A stretch of DNA of 63,485 bases, counting the filler, from Perkinsus chesapeaki ATCC PRA-425 (taxonomy: Eukaryota; Protista; Perkinsozoa), in NCBI GenBank assembly GCA_013115145.1. It is 6 parts of 6 records of this genome, joined end to end, with 100 filler letters (N's around TTAATTAATTAA, not from the genome) between each part and the next. Parts side by side here need not be neighbours in the genome. Positions count along the whole stretch, not along the records: positions 1 to 22,493 come from JAAPAO010000577.1; 5 more parts are not named here. One strand, 5' to 3'. The first letter of the stretch is position 1, and each line of letters begins with the position of its first letter. Both the position numbers and the translations under genes were made by a program. Under the pieces are notes generated by a model. That model was not told the origin of the DNA and did not search any database. It saw only the letters and a list, made by a program, of their open reading frames with translations. Of this stretch, positions 1 to 12,037 are shown piece after piece.

Positions 1-73
<73 letters not shown>
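1..73. repeat. (TAA)n microsatellite at contig start; reads as poly-Asn in the frame of the SpoU gene
   Basis: Perfect TAA run; frame starting at 2 (AAT...) is open into the SpoU ORF. Confidence 0.95.
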
Positions 74-77
<4 letters not shown>

Positions 78-718
78 TCATTAATAAAGTTATATCAAAT
101 AGAGATGATGGTTTGATAGTTATATTAGATGGTGTTAGAGATATTCATAATGTATGTGGTATGTATAGATTGTGTGAGGCATTAGGTATTAATAATATTT
201 ATTTATTACCACCACAACAACAACAACAACAAAAACAAGAAGGAGAGGAGGAGAAGGTTAATAATAATATTAAATTGCGAAATAAAAAGATGGCTAATGG
301 TATAAGTAGAAGGTCAATAAGATATATTAATGTTAAAAGATATAATAATCATAATAATGTTATTAATGAATTACATAATAAGGGTTATATTATATGGTCA
401 GCTGATCTATCAACAAATGATACTTGTATACCTTATTATGATATAATAAATAATAATAATATGTTACCTAGTAGGTTAGCAATTGTATTTGGTCAAGAAT
501 CATATGGTATATCAAATATTATGCGGGATAATAGCGATATTAAATTATATATACCTTTATATGGTGTTGTTGAAAGTCTTAACGTTTGTACTGCTGCTGC
601 TATATTATTACAATATATTATGATAGAAAGACGTAATAATAATTTAATAATACCTTTAAATAATTATGATAAAGATAAATTATTAAAATCACTTACTAAG
701 ATAAATTATCATGACTGA
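2..718 (+). CDS. SpoU/TrmH-family RNA 2'-O-methyltransferase (5' partial)
   Basis: Motifs VILDGVRDIHNV, AIVFGQESYGIS and IPLYGVVESLNVCTAAAILL are SpoU motifs 1-3; frame open to contig start. Confidence 0.9.
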
Positions 719-797
719 TATCGCTTTTTATAATAATTAGTGTTATAGTTAAATAAAACTCAATAATAATAATTACAATAACAACAACATCATCATC

Positions 798-2430
798 CTA
801 AGTAGTAACATTATTATTATGATCATGATGTTTAACCAGCTCTTTGCTTAATAATTCTATCCTCTGTAATGTTATTTTAACATTACCATCCTTATCCTTT
901 TTCTTATCCTTCTTCCTTTTAATCCTCTTATTAGCATTAACTTCTACCCCTGTTGATGTACTTGGTCTTGGTCCTTGTTGTTGCTGTTGTCGTTGCTGTA
1001 TCCTATTTAACATTATTAACCTTCTTTGTTCCTTTTCATCTTCAATATGTCTTATATATGATTCATGTGTTAATAATGCTTTATTTGTCAATTCCTTTAT
1101 ACTATTATTATTATCATCATTTAATGATATCACCTTACGTATCAACAATAACATATTTTATGTGTATATTATAATGGTATATTATTACCTTATTATTATT
1201 ATCAGTACAACAGTATAACAACCTTTCTTCTCTTAAACCTATTAAACCTGTTATACACTTTCTATCATCATCATCGTGACACTTTTCTTCTTTATTTATT
1301 ATATTATCATTCATTGCTGTTTCATATCTAATATTATATATTATATTATATTATAATATATTATTACTCTTCATCATCATGCTCTTCATCATCATGCTCT
1401 ATTAAGGGTGGTGCTTTCATATTACCTTTATTTTCATCATCTAGATTCAATATCTATAATATTAGCCCCTATCCCTAGATCCCCCTCCCCTACCACCCTT
1501 GTATTACCTCAGCATCAGCCTGGTCCTCCTCCTGCTCCTGCTGCTGCTGCTCATCATGATCACCAAATCCAGGTGTATGATGGCTACTATTACTACTCAC
1601 ATCATCCTCATTATAACAACCATTATTACTATCACAATCTATACAGGAGGAGGAGCAGGAGCCAGATGTTAGATAACCTTTAACTTTATATTGTACTATA
1701 CTATTTAATATATCCGGTAATATATAATTATTATCGTCATTATCCTATATATAAATATATATAACAATATATTAGTATCTATTATTATTACTATTATTAT
1801 ATTATATCTATTACAAGCCTCTTGTAATACATTATATTGAATAATATGTATATATTCAGCATCTATCCTTGGATCATTCCATGAACTAATATTATTATTT
1901 GAATTTATATAATAAGCCCCGCCCTCCCCTTCTACTGCTCCTCCTCCTTGTTGTTGTATTGGACCATGCCAAGCATTTAATTCATCCGATATATGCTCTC
2001 TTAAGGTATTAATAATAATATCAATATATTGCTTATATATTATATTATATTTCATTATTTTAATAATATTAATTAATTGTCTATAATAATATTTAAATGG
2101 ATGGTATGATATAGTATTATTATCATCATTATTAATATAATAATAATTATTATTATATATATATTTATACCATCTATTAGGCAACTCATACTCCCATAAC
2201 ATAACAATACACCACCATAAATCACCAATATCATCAATATTATCCAATCTAATAGAAACAAAAACAACAATCATAATAATACTACTACTACTTTAAATCA
2301 TTGTGTATAAATCTATCCATCAAATAGAAAAGAAAGAAGCCGACAAGCCCAACAACACCAACACCACTTACCAATATAATATATCTTGCTACACTTGCTA
2401 AAACTTGCTGTTTCTTAACGATCTCCAACC
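798..2430 (-). CDS. Multi-exon protein with two degenerate WW domains and a charged/coiled C-terminus (gene model approximate)
   Basis: Exon 1705-2274 contains LPNRW..YYYINN..TISYHP and W..YYINSNNNISSWNDPR; further protein-like exons at about 1400-1680 and 798-1154. Confidence 0.5.
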
Positions 2431-2543
2431 CCCCCACCACGCAGGCTTGACGAGTCAGGTTGTTGTTGTTGGCAATGAGTGATGAGTGAATTGGTAATAT
2501 TAGAATGGGTTATGTTGTTGTTGTTGTTATAATGTTATATTAG

Positions 2544-5254
2544 GATAATATAAGAAGATCATTACCAGTTGCTAAATATGAATATAATATAGTTAATTCT
2601 GTTATTAATAATAATGTAACTATATTAGTAGGAGAGACAGGTTCAGGAAAAACAACACAAGTAGTATATAATAGAGGTAATATATAGATATAATATATAG
2701 GTACCACAATATTTATATAAACATAGAAAAAATATAATATCTAATAATAGTAGAATATTTAGAGAAGTTATAACACAGCCAAGAAGAGTTGCTGCCATAA
2801 CAGTTGCTAATAGAGTTGCTGATGAGATGGGTGTGGTTATTGGTGATAAAGTTGGTTATGCTGTTAGATTTGATGATAATACTAATAATAATACTAATAT
2901 TAAATTCTGTACAGATGGTATATTATTAAGGGAAGCAGTAATAGATTCAACTTTATCGCGTTATAATATTATTATTATAGATGAGGTAATAATAATAAAG
3001 GTAATAGGATAATAAGAGATAATATATATATAATAGATTCATGAGAGATCATTATATACTGATACAGTATTAGGTTTAGTATCTAATACATTAAGCGATA
3101 ATAAATTAAGACAGAATATAAAGGTAATATTAATAATAGTGTAATATTATTATTAATAGGTTGTATTAATGTCAGCAACAGTAGTAGCTAATAAATTTAA
3201 AGATTATTTTATTAAGTCTGGATGCAGTGTTAATACTGTTGTTGTGCCTGGTAGAACTCATCCAGTAACTATATATTATACTCCAACACCAGTAATAATA
3301 ACAACATTATATAAATGAGTTTAGGTAATATTATTTAGGAAATTGACTTCTTAGAGGCAGCACAATTAACAATTATACAGGTAGTAGTAGTACTAATGAT
3401 GATATTATATATAGTTATAATGTTATAATATATAGATATTATTGGGAATAGAAGATAAAAATAATACTGGTAAAAGGAGGGATGGTGATATATTAGTATT
3501 CTTACCAGGTATTAGTAGTAGTATTATCAACTAGATATGATATTGGCACTATCGTTATTAGGTGTTGATAATATAATATCATTACATGCATCGTTAGATA
3601 GATTAATACCAACAATTAATAGAATATATAAAAATAATAATAGTGGTGGTGGTGGTTGTTGTTGTTCTTCAGTAGATGATAATATGGTTAATATTAAAAT
3701 ATGTGATTTATATAGTAGTCAAAGTCGTGATAAACAGAAGGAAGCATTTATACCATCTAAAAATAATGAAGTTAAAATAATATTATCAACTAATATAGCA
3801 GAAACGTCAGTTACTATATCTGGTATAACTACTGTTATTGATAGTGGTTTAGCTAAAACAAGAGTATTTGATACATTACGTATATCTCCAATATCACAAG
3901 CCTCAGCAGCCCAAAGAGCTGGAAGAGCTGGAAGGGAAAGGCCTGGAGTATGTTATAGATTATATACTGAATTAAGTTATAATAATGATATGATAAAATA
4001 TAGTATACCTGAGATATTAAGAAGTGATATGTCCTATGTATTATTACAATTATTAGCAATGGGGGTTATTGGTAGTAATAATAATAAATGTAAAGATTTA
4101 ATAGATTTCCCATTTGTTGATAAACCTTCACCCAAAAGAATACGAATGTAATAATAAGGATTACGTTGTATTATTAATAGTGGTGCTGCTGCTCTTTACA
4201 GGGCATCGCGGTTATTAAGACGTATTGGTGCTATTGGATCTGATCTATCATCTCCAACATTAACAATTAAAGGTCATAGAATGGCACAATATCCATTAGA
4301 ACCATTAATATGTAATATATTGGTAACAGAGGAATTACGTATTAAAGACGGGGAAGGAGGAGGAAGAGGAGGGGCTGCTAATAATAATAACAACTGTTTA
4401 GCTGAAGTAATAATAATGATTAGTTATATGTAGTAGTAGTTGTTGTTATATTGATAGATACTTACACTAGTAGCTATGTTATCAACTGATAATATATTCA
4501 TATCATCTGGTAATATTAAAAATAATAATAAAATATCTTGGTTTAATGGATTAAATACAAGAATACAGAGTAGTAATAATAATAAGAATATTATTATTAT
4601 TAATGATTATTATTATTATTTTTAGATGTTGATGGTGGTGGTAGAGCAGAGTGTCGAGGTGACCATGTATGTTTAGTTGAATTATATAATACTTGGAAGA
4701 ATATATCAAATGATAATAATGCTAATATTGTATGGTGCAATAAACGTGATGTATCACACAATGCATTATTAAAAGCTAAATATATAAGACAGCAAATTAA
4801 AGATATATTAACATCATCATCATCATCAGGAAGAGGAGGAGGAGAAGGGAGAAGGAAGGGAGGTTGTTGTTATATTGATACATGTGGAAGTGATTGGTCA
4901 TTATTAAGACATGCTATATGTAGAGGTTTATGGACTAATACATATCAACGTATAACTGATATAACTAATAATAATAGTAGTAGAGTAGTTAATGGATCAT
5001 TATCTGGTATATGGTATAGTAATATTAATAATAGTAATGATAAAGTACAAGTATCACCTATGTCTGTTAGTTTTACATTAACACCTAATGAATCACCAAA
5101 TGCAGTAGTTACTAATGAGATAATATCAACAACTAAACCATATATGAGATATATAACACCAATTAATATGCAATGGTTAATACAAGATCAACCTAAATAT
5201 TTTACCACACCACCTTCACCACCATCGCCATCAACAACAACAAGAACTAGTTGA
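2544..5254 (+). CDS. DEAH-box ATP-dependent RNA helicase (Prp22/DHX33-like), multi-exon
   Basis: Exons give GETGSGKTTQ, TQPRRVAA, TDGILLRE, DE/IH, MSAT, STNIAETSVTI, SAAQRAGRAGR, and HA2/OB-like C-terminal segments; start uncertain. Confidence 0.92.
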
Positions 5255-5517
5255 TTAGTATTATTATTATTACTTCTACTTGTTCCTCATTATATTCAAC
5301 GTACATTAATAATACTTGTTGGTATTGTGTTATTATTATTGTTAACTAGTATTAACTACAAAATAATAATATAAGAGGATAAAACCATCTAAACGATGAA
5401 TACAAATGATGTTTATATAACAAAAGACATCAATAAAAAATTAAAGTACGACTACGTATTATAGTCGGACTACATGATAGGCTTTAACTTATTATTTACT
5501 AACTGTTGTTGTTAAGA

Positions 5518-7209
5518 CTAATGGTGGTGTTGTTGTTGCTGTTCAAGCTCACGTTCAGTTGATGAATGCGCAACTTGTGATGTAGTTGTTGTTGATGATG
5601 AACCACCTGTTATAATTGATATTGCTTCATCAATATAATCTGCACCAGACCATTTTTGATGATATAATAATTCATTATCATTATCTCTTTCAATTCTCTG
5701 TATTTGATTCATATATGCTAACATATTATGTTTAATATAATCTTTAGCTAATAAATCCATATATAAACCAGATACATGAAAACCAGCTAAAGGGATAAAT
5801 TGCCATACAAAACCAAGTTGACCTATTTTATTTTGAAACTCATAAATATCATTATCAGACATTCCCATACTATCCCAATAAAGGCTTGGGAATAGATTAT
5901 AACCAAATAATATATCCTTATCACATATGGATTCATTACGGACACCATTAGTGAATTGACAAGCTTGTTCATAATCAGGTTTTTTAGCTTCCATCCAAAC
6001 TATATCAGAATATGGTGCAAATGATTTAGCCCGATTAATACACATTTTAGTACCACATCTGATACGATAATAACCTTCTCTTGTACGTGGGCATTCCCAA
6101 CACCAATAAGGTAATTCATTATCATCTTTATAACCAAGTAATCTCTTAGCTTCTTTTTTCATCTCATTAATACCCATATTTGATGATACACTATCCCATC
6201 TTTCGTGCGGTAAACCCATTTGTTTAAGTTTATTAGATATTAATTCAGGATAAGTACATAATTTAGCTTTATTAGTCCACTCATTTTCAATATCTGATAT
6301 TTTATATGATTCACCTTTATTAATAGCACCATCAATAAGGTATCTTATGGCTTTATCATCATTAACAACATCAGGATTAGATGCACCTAATATAAATGGA
6401 TGATCACGTTCATCAATATTATTATCAATTAAATTAGCTATTTCAGCATCAGTTCTAGCAATAATAATAGTATCAGTTCCTAATATATCACACATCAATC
6501 TAGCTGCTATTAATCTATCAATATGTTCTCTTGTGGATACCAATACTTTACCACTTAGATGACCGCATTTCTTAGTTGATGCTCTTTGATCTTCAAAATG
6601 TACACCAGCGGCACCTTTTTCAATCATCATTTTCATTAAACGCATAACAGAACTAATACCACCATGACCACTATCACCATCAGCGATAATCGGTTTCATA
6701 TAATCAACTAACACTCCAGCATCATTATTATCATTATTATAGATTTCCAGTTGTTGTTTTCTATCATGAAATGTTTGTGCTTTAAATATAAGATCAACTT
6801 TATCTGGTACAGTATTTGATGGATAATCACCAAAATCAGGCCCAGTCTCATTATTAGTTGTTGATGTTGTTGAACATTGCCAGCCAGATATATAAATAAC
6901 ATTAACATATTTACTAACTTGTATAGCTTGAATTGGATCTATAACACCTAATGTATGTAGGAAGGTATTATTATCTTTAGCATTATTAAGATACGACCAT
7001 AATTTCTTAGACATATTATTAGATGGATATGATATACATCTACTATCTTTACTCCCTCTTAATTTAGCAACATCTTCAGCAGTATATGGTCTATGTACAC
7101 CTTTCCAACGTGGGGATGACCACCATTTATTAATATTATTAATATCTTCATTTAATAAAGTTATCCTATCCTCCTTATTATTATTATAATATGATGACTT
7201 CATCATCAC
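5518..7209 (-). CDS. ICL1: Isocitrate lyase (long eukaryote-type), single uninterrupted ORF
   Basis: RWKGVHRPYTAEDV, YISGWQ, PIIADGDSGHGG, HFEDQ, catalytic KKCGH, ARTDAE, HQKWSGA. Confidence 0.95.
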   Translation of the reverse strand: MMMKSSYYNNNKEDRITLLNEDINNINKWWSSPRWKGVHRPYTAEDVAKLRGSKDSRCISYPSNNMSKKLWSYLNNAKDNNTFLHTLGVIDPIQAIQVSKYVNVIYISGWQCSTTSTTNNETGPDFGDYPSNTVPDKVDLIFKAQTFHDRKQQLEIYNNDNNDAGVLVDYMKPIIADGDSGHGGISSVMRLMKMMIEKGAAGVHFEDQRASTKKCGHLSGKVLVSTREHIDRLIAARLMCDILGTDTIIIARTDAEIANLIDNNIDERDHPFILGASNPDVVNDDKAIRYLIDGAINKGESYKISDIENEWTNKAKLCTYPELISNKLKQMGLPHERWDSVSSNMGINEMKKEAKRLLGYKDDNELPYWCWECPRTREGYYRIRCGTKMCINRAKSFAPYSDIVWMEAKKPDYEQACQFTNGVRNESICDKDILFGYNLFPSLYWDSMGMSDNDIYEFQNKIGQLGFVWQFIPLAGFHVSGLYMDLLAKDYIKHNMLAYMNQIQRIERDNDNELLYHQKWSGADYIDEAISIITGGSSSTTTTSQVAHSSTERELEQQQQHHH

Positions 7210-7989
7210 CCTTATAACTATTAAAACAGAAGAAGAGTACTTGTGTTGTTATAAGGGAGCACCGTGAGCAACAATATCATTGATGGAGCACCTGGAGCCT
7301 ATTTGCTCCATAATCTTTCATACCAACTAATAACCAACTTATTCATCAACATCACAGCAGCACTTATAATCACCCAAAACTGCTGCCCACAATTCAGTAA
7401 CAGCCCCCCATACTGACCATCTTAAAACAAGGCTCATCTACATCGGCTACTGCCTCCCAGAGATATAGCCCATCGTCGGCGGGTATTTGCTGCGGTGTCT
7501 CACTACCTCCTTCTACGCCCTGGAGGAGGAGGCCAGTATTAAGGGATTGGCAGCAAGGTTAGATTAACAGGGGTTCAACAAGGGACTACTATTAATATCT
7601 GGATAATACTTATGAATATGGGATAATAATACGGACAGCATGGTAGCAGCCCTTGTGCCGCGCGGCAAGTGTAAGTTGTGCGGAGGGAGGGACCGACATC
7701 ATCAGCCTGGCGCCGGCGTCATAGGGCGTTGTTGATGATGATGGCAGCGGAGGGGGCGGTGCAAAGTGGGTCCACACAGAAGCAGCCATTGATCCAATAT
7801 AGCTGTATGAAAGTGTATAGTGATTAACGTGGCAAAGCATGATGATGATTTTCATCCATACATTGTTAAGATATATACTGTAATTGTATATGATCGTCGT
7901 CGACACCAGCATTACTGCTTGAGGAAGTGCTTAGTTGTTGTTGTTGTTGTTTAATAATAACAAGTATTAATGTTAGTGTGATATAACAT

Positions 7990-8760
7990 AGCTTACACCT
8001 TTAACAGAACAAGGTTCATTCTTGGTCTCATATTGTTATATGATAATGATCTTTTCATAGTTCACAAATTGATACTGGTAGTACTTAGAAGAAGCTTAAG
8101 CATCAGCATCAATGGTTGTTGTTGATGGCATGCTGCTGCTGCTTTTGGTATTATTAACACTCATTAAAACAACAACAACACATATAATATTAATAATTAA
8201 TAAATCACACTGCTGTTATTGTGAAATTACCACCGCAATCACATGCACCGCCACTAATACTGCCTCCTCCTCCTCCTCTTTCTTCTTGGTGTATTATTGT
8301 ATTATTATTAATCTAATATAATATAATTATTAATATATTATTAATATTACTGGTATATTATGATTTGTTAATGCTTTTATTATCCATTTATCTCTATTAT
8401 AAGGTAATGCTATCATTCCTCTTTTCGTTTCACGTGTTATCTTATAAGGTTTATATTGTGATGATGTTTCTAATGGTGCTTCTTCTTCCTGTTGCTGTTG
8501 TTGTTGATATATCCATTTTTGTTTCCAATAAGACCATTCACCTTATATTATTGATTATAACTACATTATTATTATATTATTACGTAATGGTCGTCGTCTA
8601 TGATGATGTATTGGTGGATATGTTCCCGAATGACAAGTATTCTGTATTATATTGTCCCCTACTACTCCTTCTTTTTTATGTAATGTTATTAATGAATATT
8701 TATTACCCCCTAATGGTCTTGATATAGTATTATAGTATGTATTACCACCACCATCATCAT
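7990..8760 (-). CDS. Probable exons of a hypothetical low-complexity protein
   Basis: Open protein-like minus-strand segments (ISRPLGGNKYSL..., EWSYWKQKWIYQQQQ...) bounded by intron-like AT tracts; no family recognised. Confidence 0.3.
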
Positions 8761-9106
8761 CATGGTGCTTGTAGTGGTAGTCATATACTGTCGTATTATG
8801 GTCATGAATTAAGGGCGGTATCTAGTATATTAGTAGTAGTAGTAGTTAATGTTATATTAATATTACTAATATTGTCATTTATACCTACAGTAATAGATAT
8901 ATAACTAATATTAATACACTATAACACACTACAATTACTAATAGTATAGAAACATTTACGTTGTTGGTAGTAGTAGTAGGACTGGTACTACTATTATTAA
9001 TATTGTTGTTGTTGTGGTGGTGGTTAGGAATAAGTATTGTTGTTAGTATTATTATTACAGTTATTATTGCGACGCAATAAGAGCAATACTACCTCCTTGC
9101 TCTTCA

Positions 9107-10410
9107 TTACTCGGCAACCTCCTCCTCCTCTTCATCATCTATCTCAATATGCTGTTGCAGCTGTTCCTCTTTCTTCTTACTACCAAATATCTCATCAAGA
9201 TCATCTTCTTCAAGATTAGCAGCAATCTTCCGCATTTTAGATTTCTCATACTCCACCACTTTAGCTTCATGTTCAACAGCTCTAACCCTTTTCATTTGCC
9301 TTCTTATTTCAGTTGGTGATTCATAACGTATATTACGATATATAACATCACCACTAAAGCTACCAGCTAATATTAATATCGGCTCCAATACCATTCGAGG
9401 GCCTATTTCGGTTAATGTCTGCTTATTAGGATTATTAATAGTGGACTCAGGAGAGGACTCCGGTGATATCTGATAATGTCTAATCCATATTTTATTATCC
9501 AACCAATAAAATGACATTATATGATCATAGAAGGGTTTAGATTTAGGATGGTTTCGTGGTATACCAAACATTCTAATAAACATTTGTTTATATATTGATA
9601 ATTGTGGATACTCATTATTATTATCAAATACTTTATCAAAATGTAATAATGGTCTTGAACCATGTAAACAGTTACCAGTTAGTTTCATCTCACCAAGAGT
9701 ATGTACTAAAGAAGGAAGAAGGGTATCATAATCATGTTCAATATCATCAATCAACAACAAGTAGCTGATATTACCGTTATATACTTGAAATTTAGCAGTA
9801 GGTCCATTAGGCATCGCTCCCATCCACATATAACAATATTGTGATTTACGACATTCAAAGTATCTAATACGACCACCACCACCACTATTACCACCCAAGT
9901 CCATCCTCCTCCTCCTCTTCCTCTTACATGCAATTGTTGCAGCTCTTCAATTCACATATTTCCTTCAAATCTTGTAATCTTTGTTTCTTTTCAAATTTAG
10001 GTTCGCTTTTACTATGTACACACATTCTTTTAATATCCTCCATTAAATGGCGATATCTACTACTATGATGAGTTATTATACTCTATTACTATTACCTTGA
10101 TGTTATACCTCTACTACCAAATATTAATACCCTTTGTCTATTACGCCATCTATGTTCAGTATTAATATATCTAATACCATGACCATAATACCATTATAAC
10201 ACCTTTATTATTACTCAGCCTCTTCTAAATAATATGGATCCTTATTAATATCCTCAATTGATTCGACCGCCTCCTCTTCGATGGATTCTTCCTCCACCTC
10301 CTCTTCGACTATATAATTATAATATATTAATATATAGTATTATTATTACCCTCTGAGAACTTAGCAGTAGGTCCTAATTCCTTTGATGCAAATCTAACCC
10401 TTTTAACCAT
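9107..10410 (-). CDS. BRX1: Ribosome biogenesis protein BRX1 (Brix domain), multi-exon
   Basis: Exons give RNRQRVLIFGSRG, RYRHLMEDI, ICELKSCNNC, PNGPTAKF, EMKLTGNCLHGSRPLLHFD, IWIRHYQI, EIGPRMVLEP. Confidence 0.92.
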
Positions 10411-10528
10411 AGCAACAACAACAAAGAATGAAACTACTACACTTGTGACGCTTGTTCTGTAAAAAGCGCATGCCATTCTAATCGATATATTGAGCAGCAG
10501 CAGCGGCAGGAGCCTATTACGGTGTAGT

Positions 10529-11956
10529 ATGTCATCAATATTAATAAGAGATATAACCACATTATATACCTGTTGTGGTGGTGATGATGGTATAGGATAT
10601 AGAGAGAATGCTGCTATTGGTATTAATAATGGTAATATAACTTATATTGGTGATAATATAATAGATGATAATTATGATATAATAATATCTGGTAAAGGTC
10701 TAATAGCATTACCTGGTTTAGTTGATTGTCATACACATTGTGTATGGGCCGGTAGTAGAAGTAATGAATTTAGTAATAGATTAAAGGGTATGAGTTATAT
10801 TGATATATTAGAACGAGGTGGTGGTATATTAAGTACAGTTGCTGCTACTAGAAAGGCAACTATAGAGGAACTAACAATGACATGTAAAAGAAGATTAAAT
10901 AATATGTTAAAGATAAGTGGTGTAACTGCATGTGAGGTTAAATCTGGTTATGGTTTAAATACTATTACAGAAAGTAATATGTTAATAGCAGCTCGGCAAG
11001 CAGCAGCAGGAGCAGGAAATGATGTACCTAGAGTAACTACTACATATTTAGGGGCCCATACGGTAATATAGGGTAGTAATTAAGGTGGTGATGGAGGCTG
11101 TTGTTGTTATTGATAGATACCTGTTGAATATAAAGATAATAGATATGGTTATATAAGGGATATTATTGAGAATCAATTACCTATATGCGCACCATTGTCA
11201 GATAGTATTGATATATTCTGCGACAAAGGAGCATTTACATTACAAGAAGCTGATACTGTAATGTTATAATAATGGATATTAGTCGATCGTATTATTAGAT
11301 ATTATCATTTGGTAAAGATACGTATAATTTGGAAGTTAAAGCACACGCTGAGCAAATAGAGCACAGTGGTTGCGCTGAATTAGTTAGCAGATTGAATGGC
11401 ATATCAGCAGATCATTTAGAAAGATTGGATATAAATGGTATTAATGCTATGAAAGAGGCTAATGTAGTGGCTGTTATGTTGCCTGGTGCACAATTATATT
11501 TAAAAGATATATCACCACCAACAGCATTATTAAGGGATAATGGGGTACATATGGTAATAATAATATTGATAATAGTAAATATTAATAATATTAGGCAATT
11601 GGTAGTGATTTAAATCCTGGTAGTAGTCCTATACATAATTTATTCACTTGTGCAACATTAAGTTGTATATTACAAGGTTTAACAGTAACAGAAGCATTGT
11701 TAGGGATAACTAAACATGCAGGGGAAGCTATAGGTATGCCAAAAGCTGGATGGTTAGGTATTAATAGTTATGCTGATATAGTAATATTAATAGGGATAAT
11801 TATAGTAGTAAATATGTTGATAAATAATAGGTATTAATACAACCACCAATTGGAGAGGAATGTAATATTGAAAGTGTTATACAACATATTAATGGACATA
11901 TTATAAGATTAGTTATTAAAGATGGTATTATCGTTTATAATGAGACATGTTATTAG
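10529..11956 (+). CDS. hutI: Imidazolonepropionase (amidohydrolase), 4 short introns
   Basis: PGLVDCHTH, RGGGILSTVAATR, EVKSGYGL, TYLGAH, DIFCDKGAF, HAEQ, ADHLE, DLNPGSSP. Confidence 0.93.
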
Positions 11957-12037
11957 TTTCTATACTATCATTATCATCATCCATATTGTCCATATTGAGT
12001 TAATAATAAGTAATATATAGTGGTACTAGTTATTATT

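Noticed and set aside
1-73. TAA/TTA runs at the ends of contig 1 as telomeres
   Set aside because: Common microsatellites in this compartment where the assembly broke; the first reads through into a CDS
844-1218. Hydrophobic plus-strand ORFs in contig 1 (e.g. 844-1218, 13932-14438 minus, 8365-8727)
   Set aside because: Antisense shadows of low-complexity genes on the opposite strand
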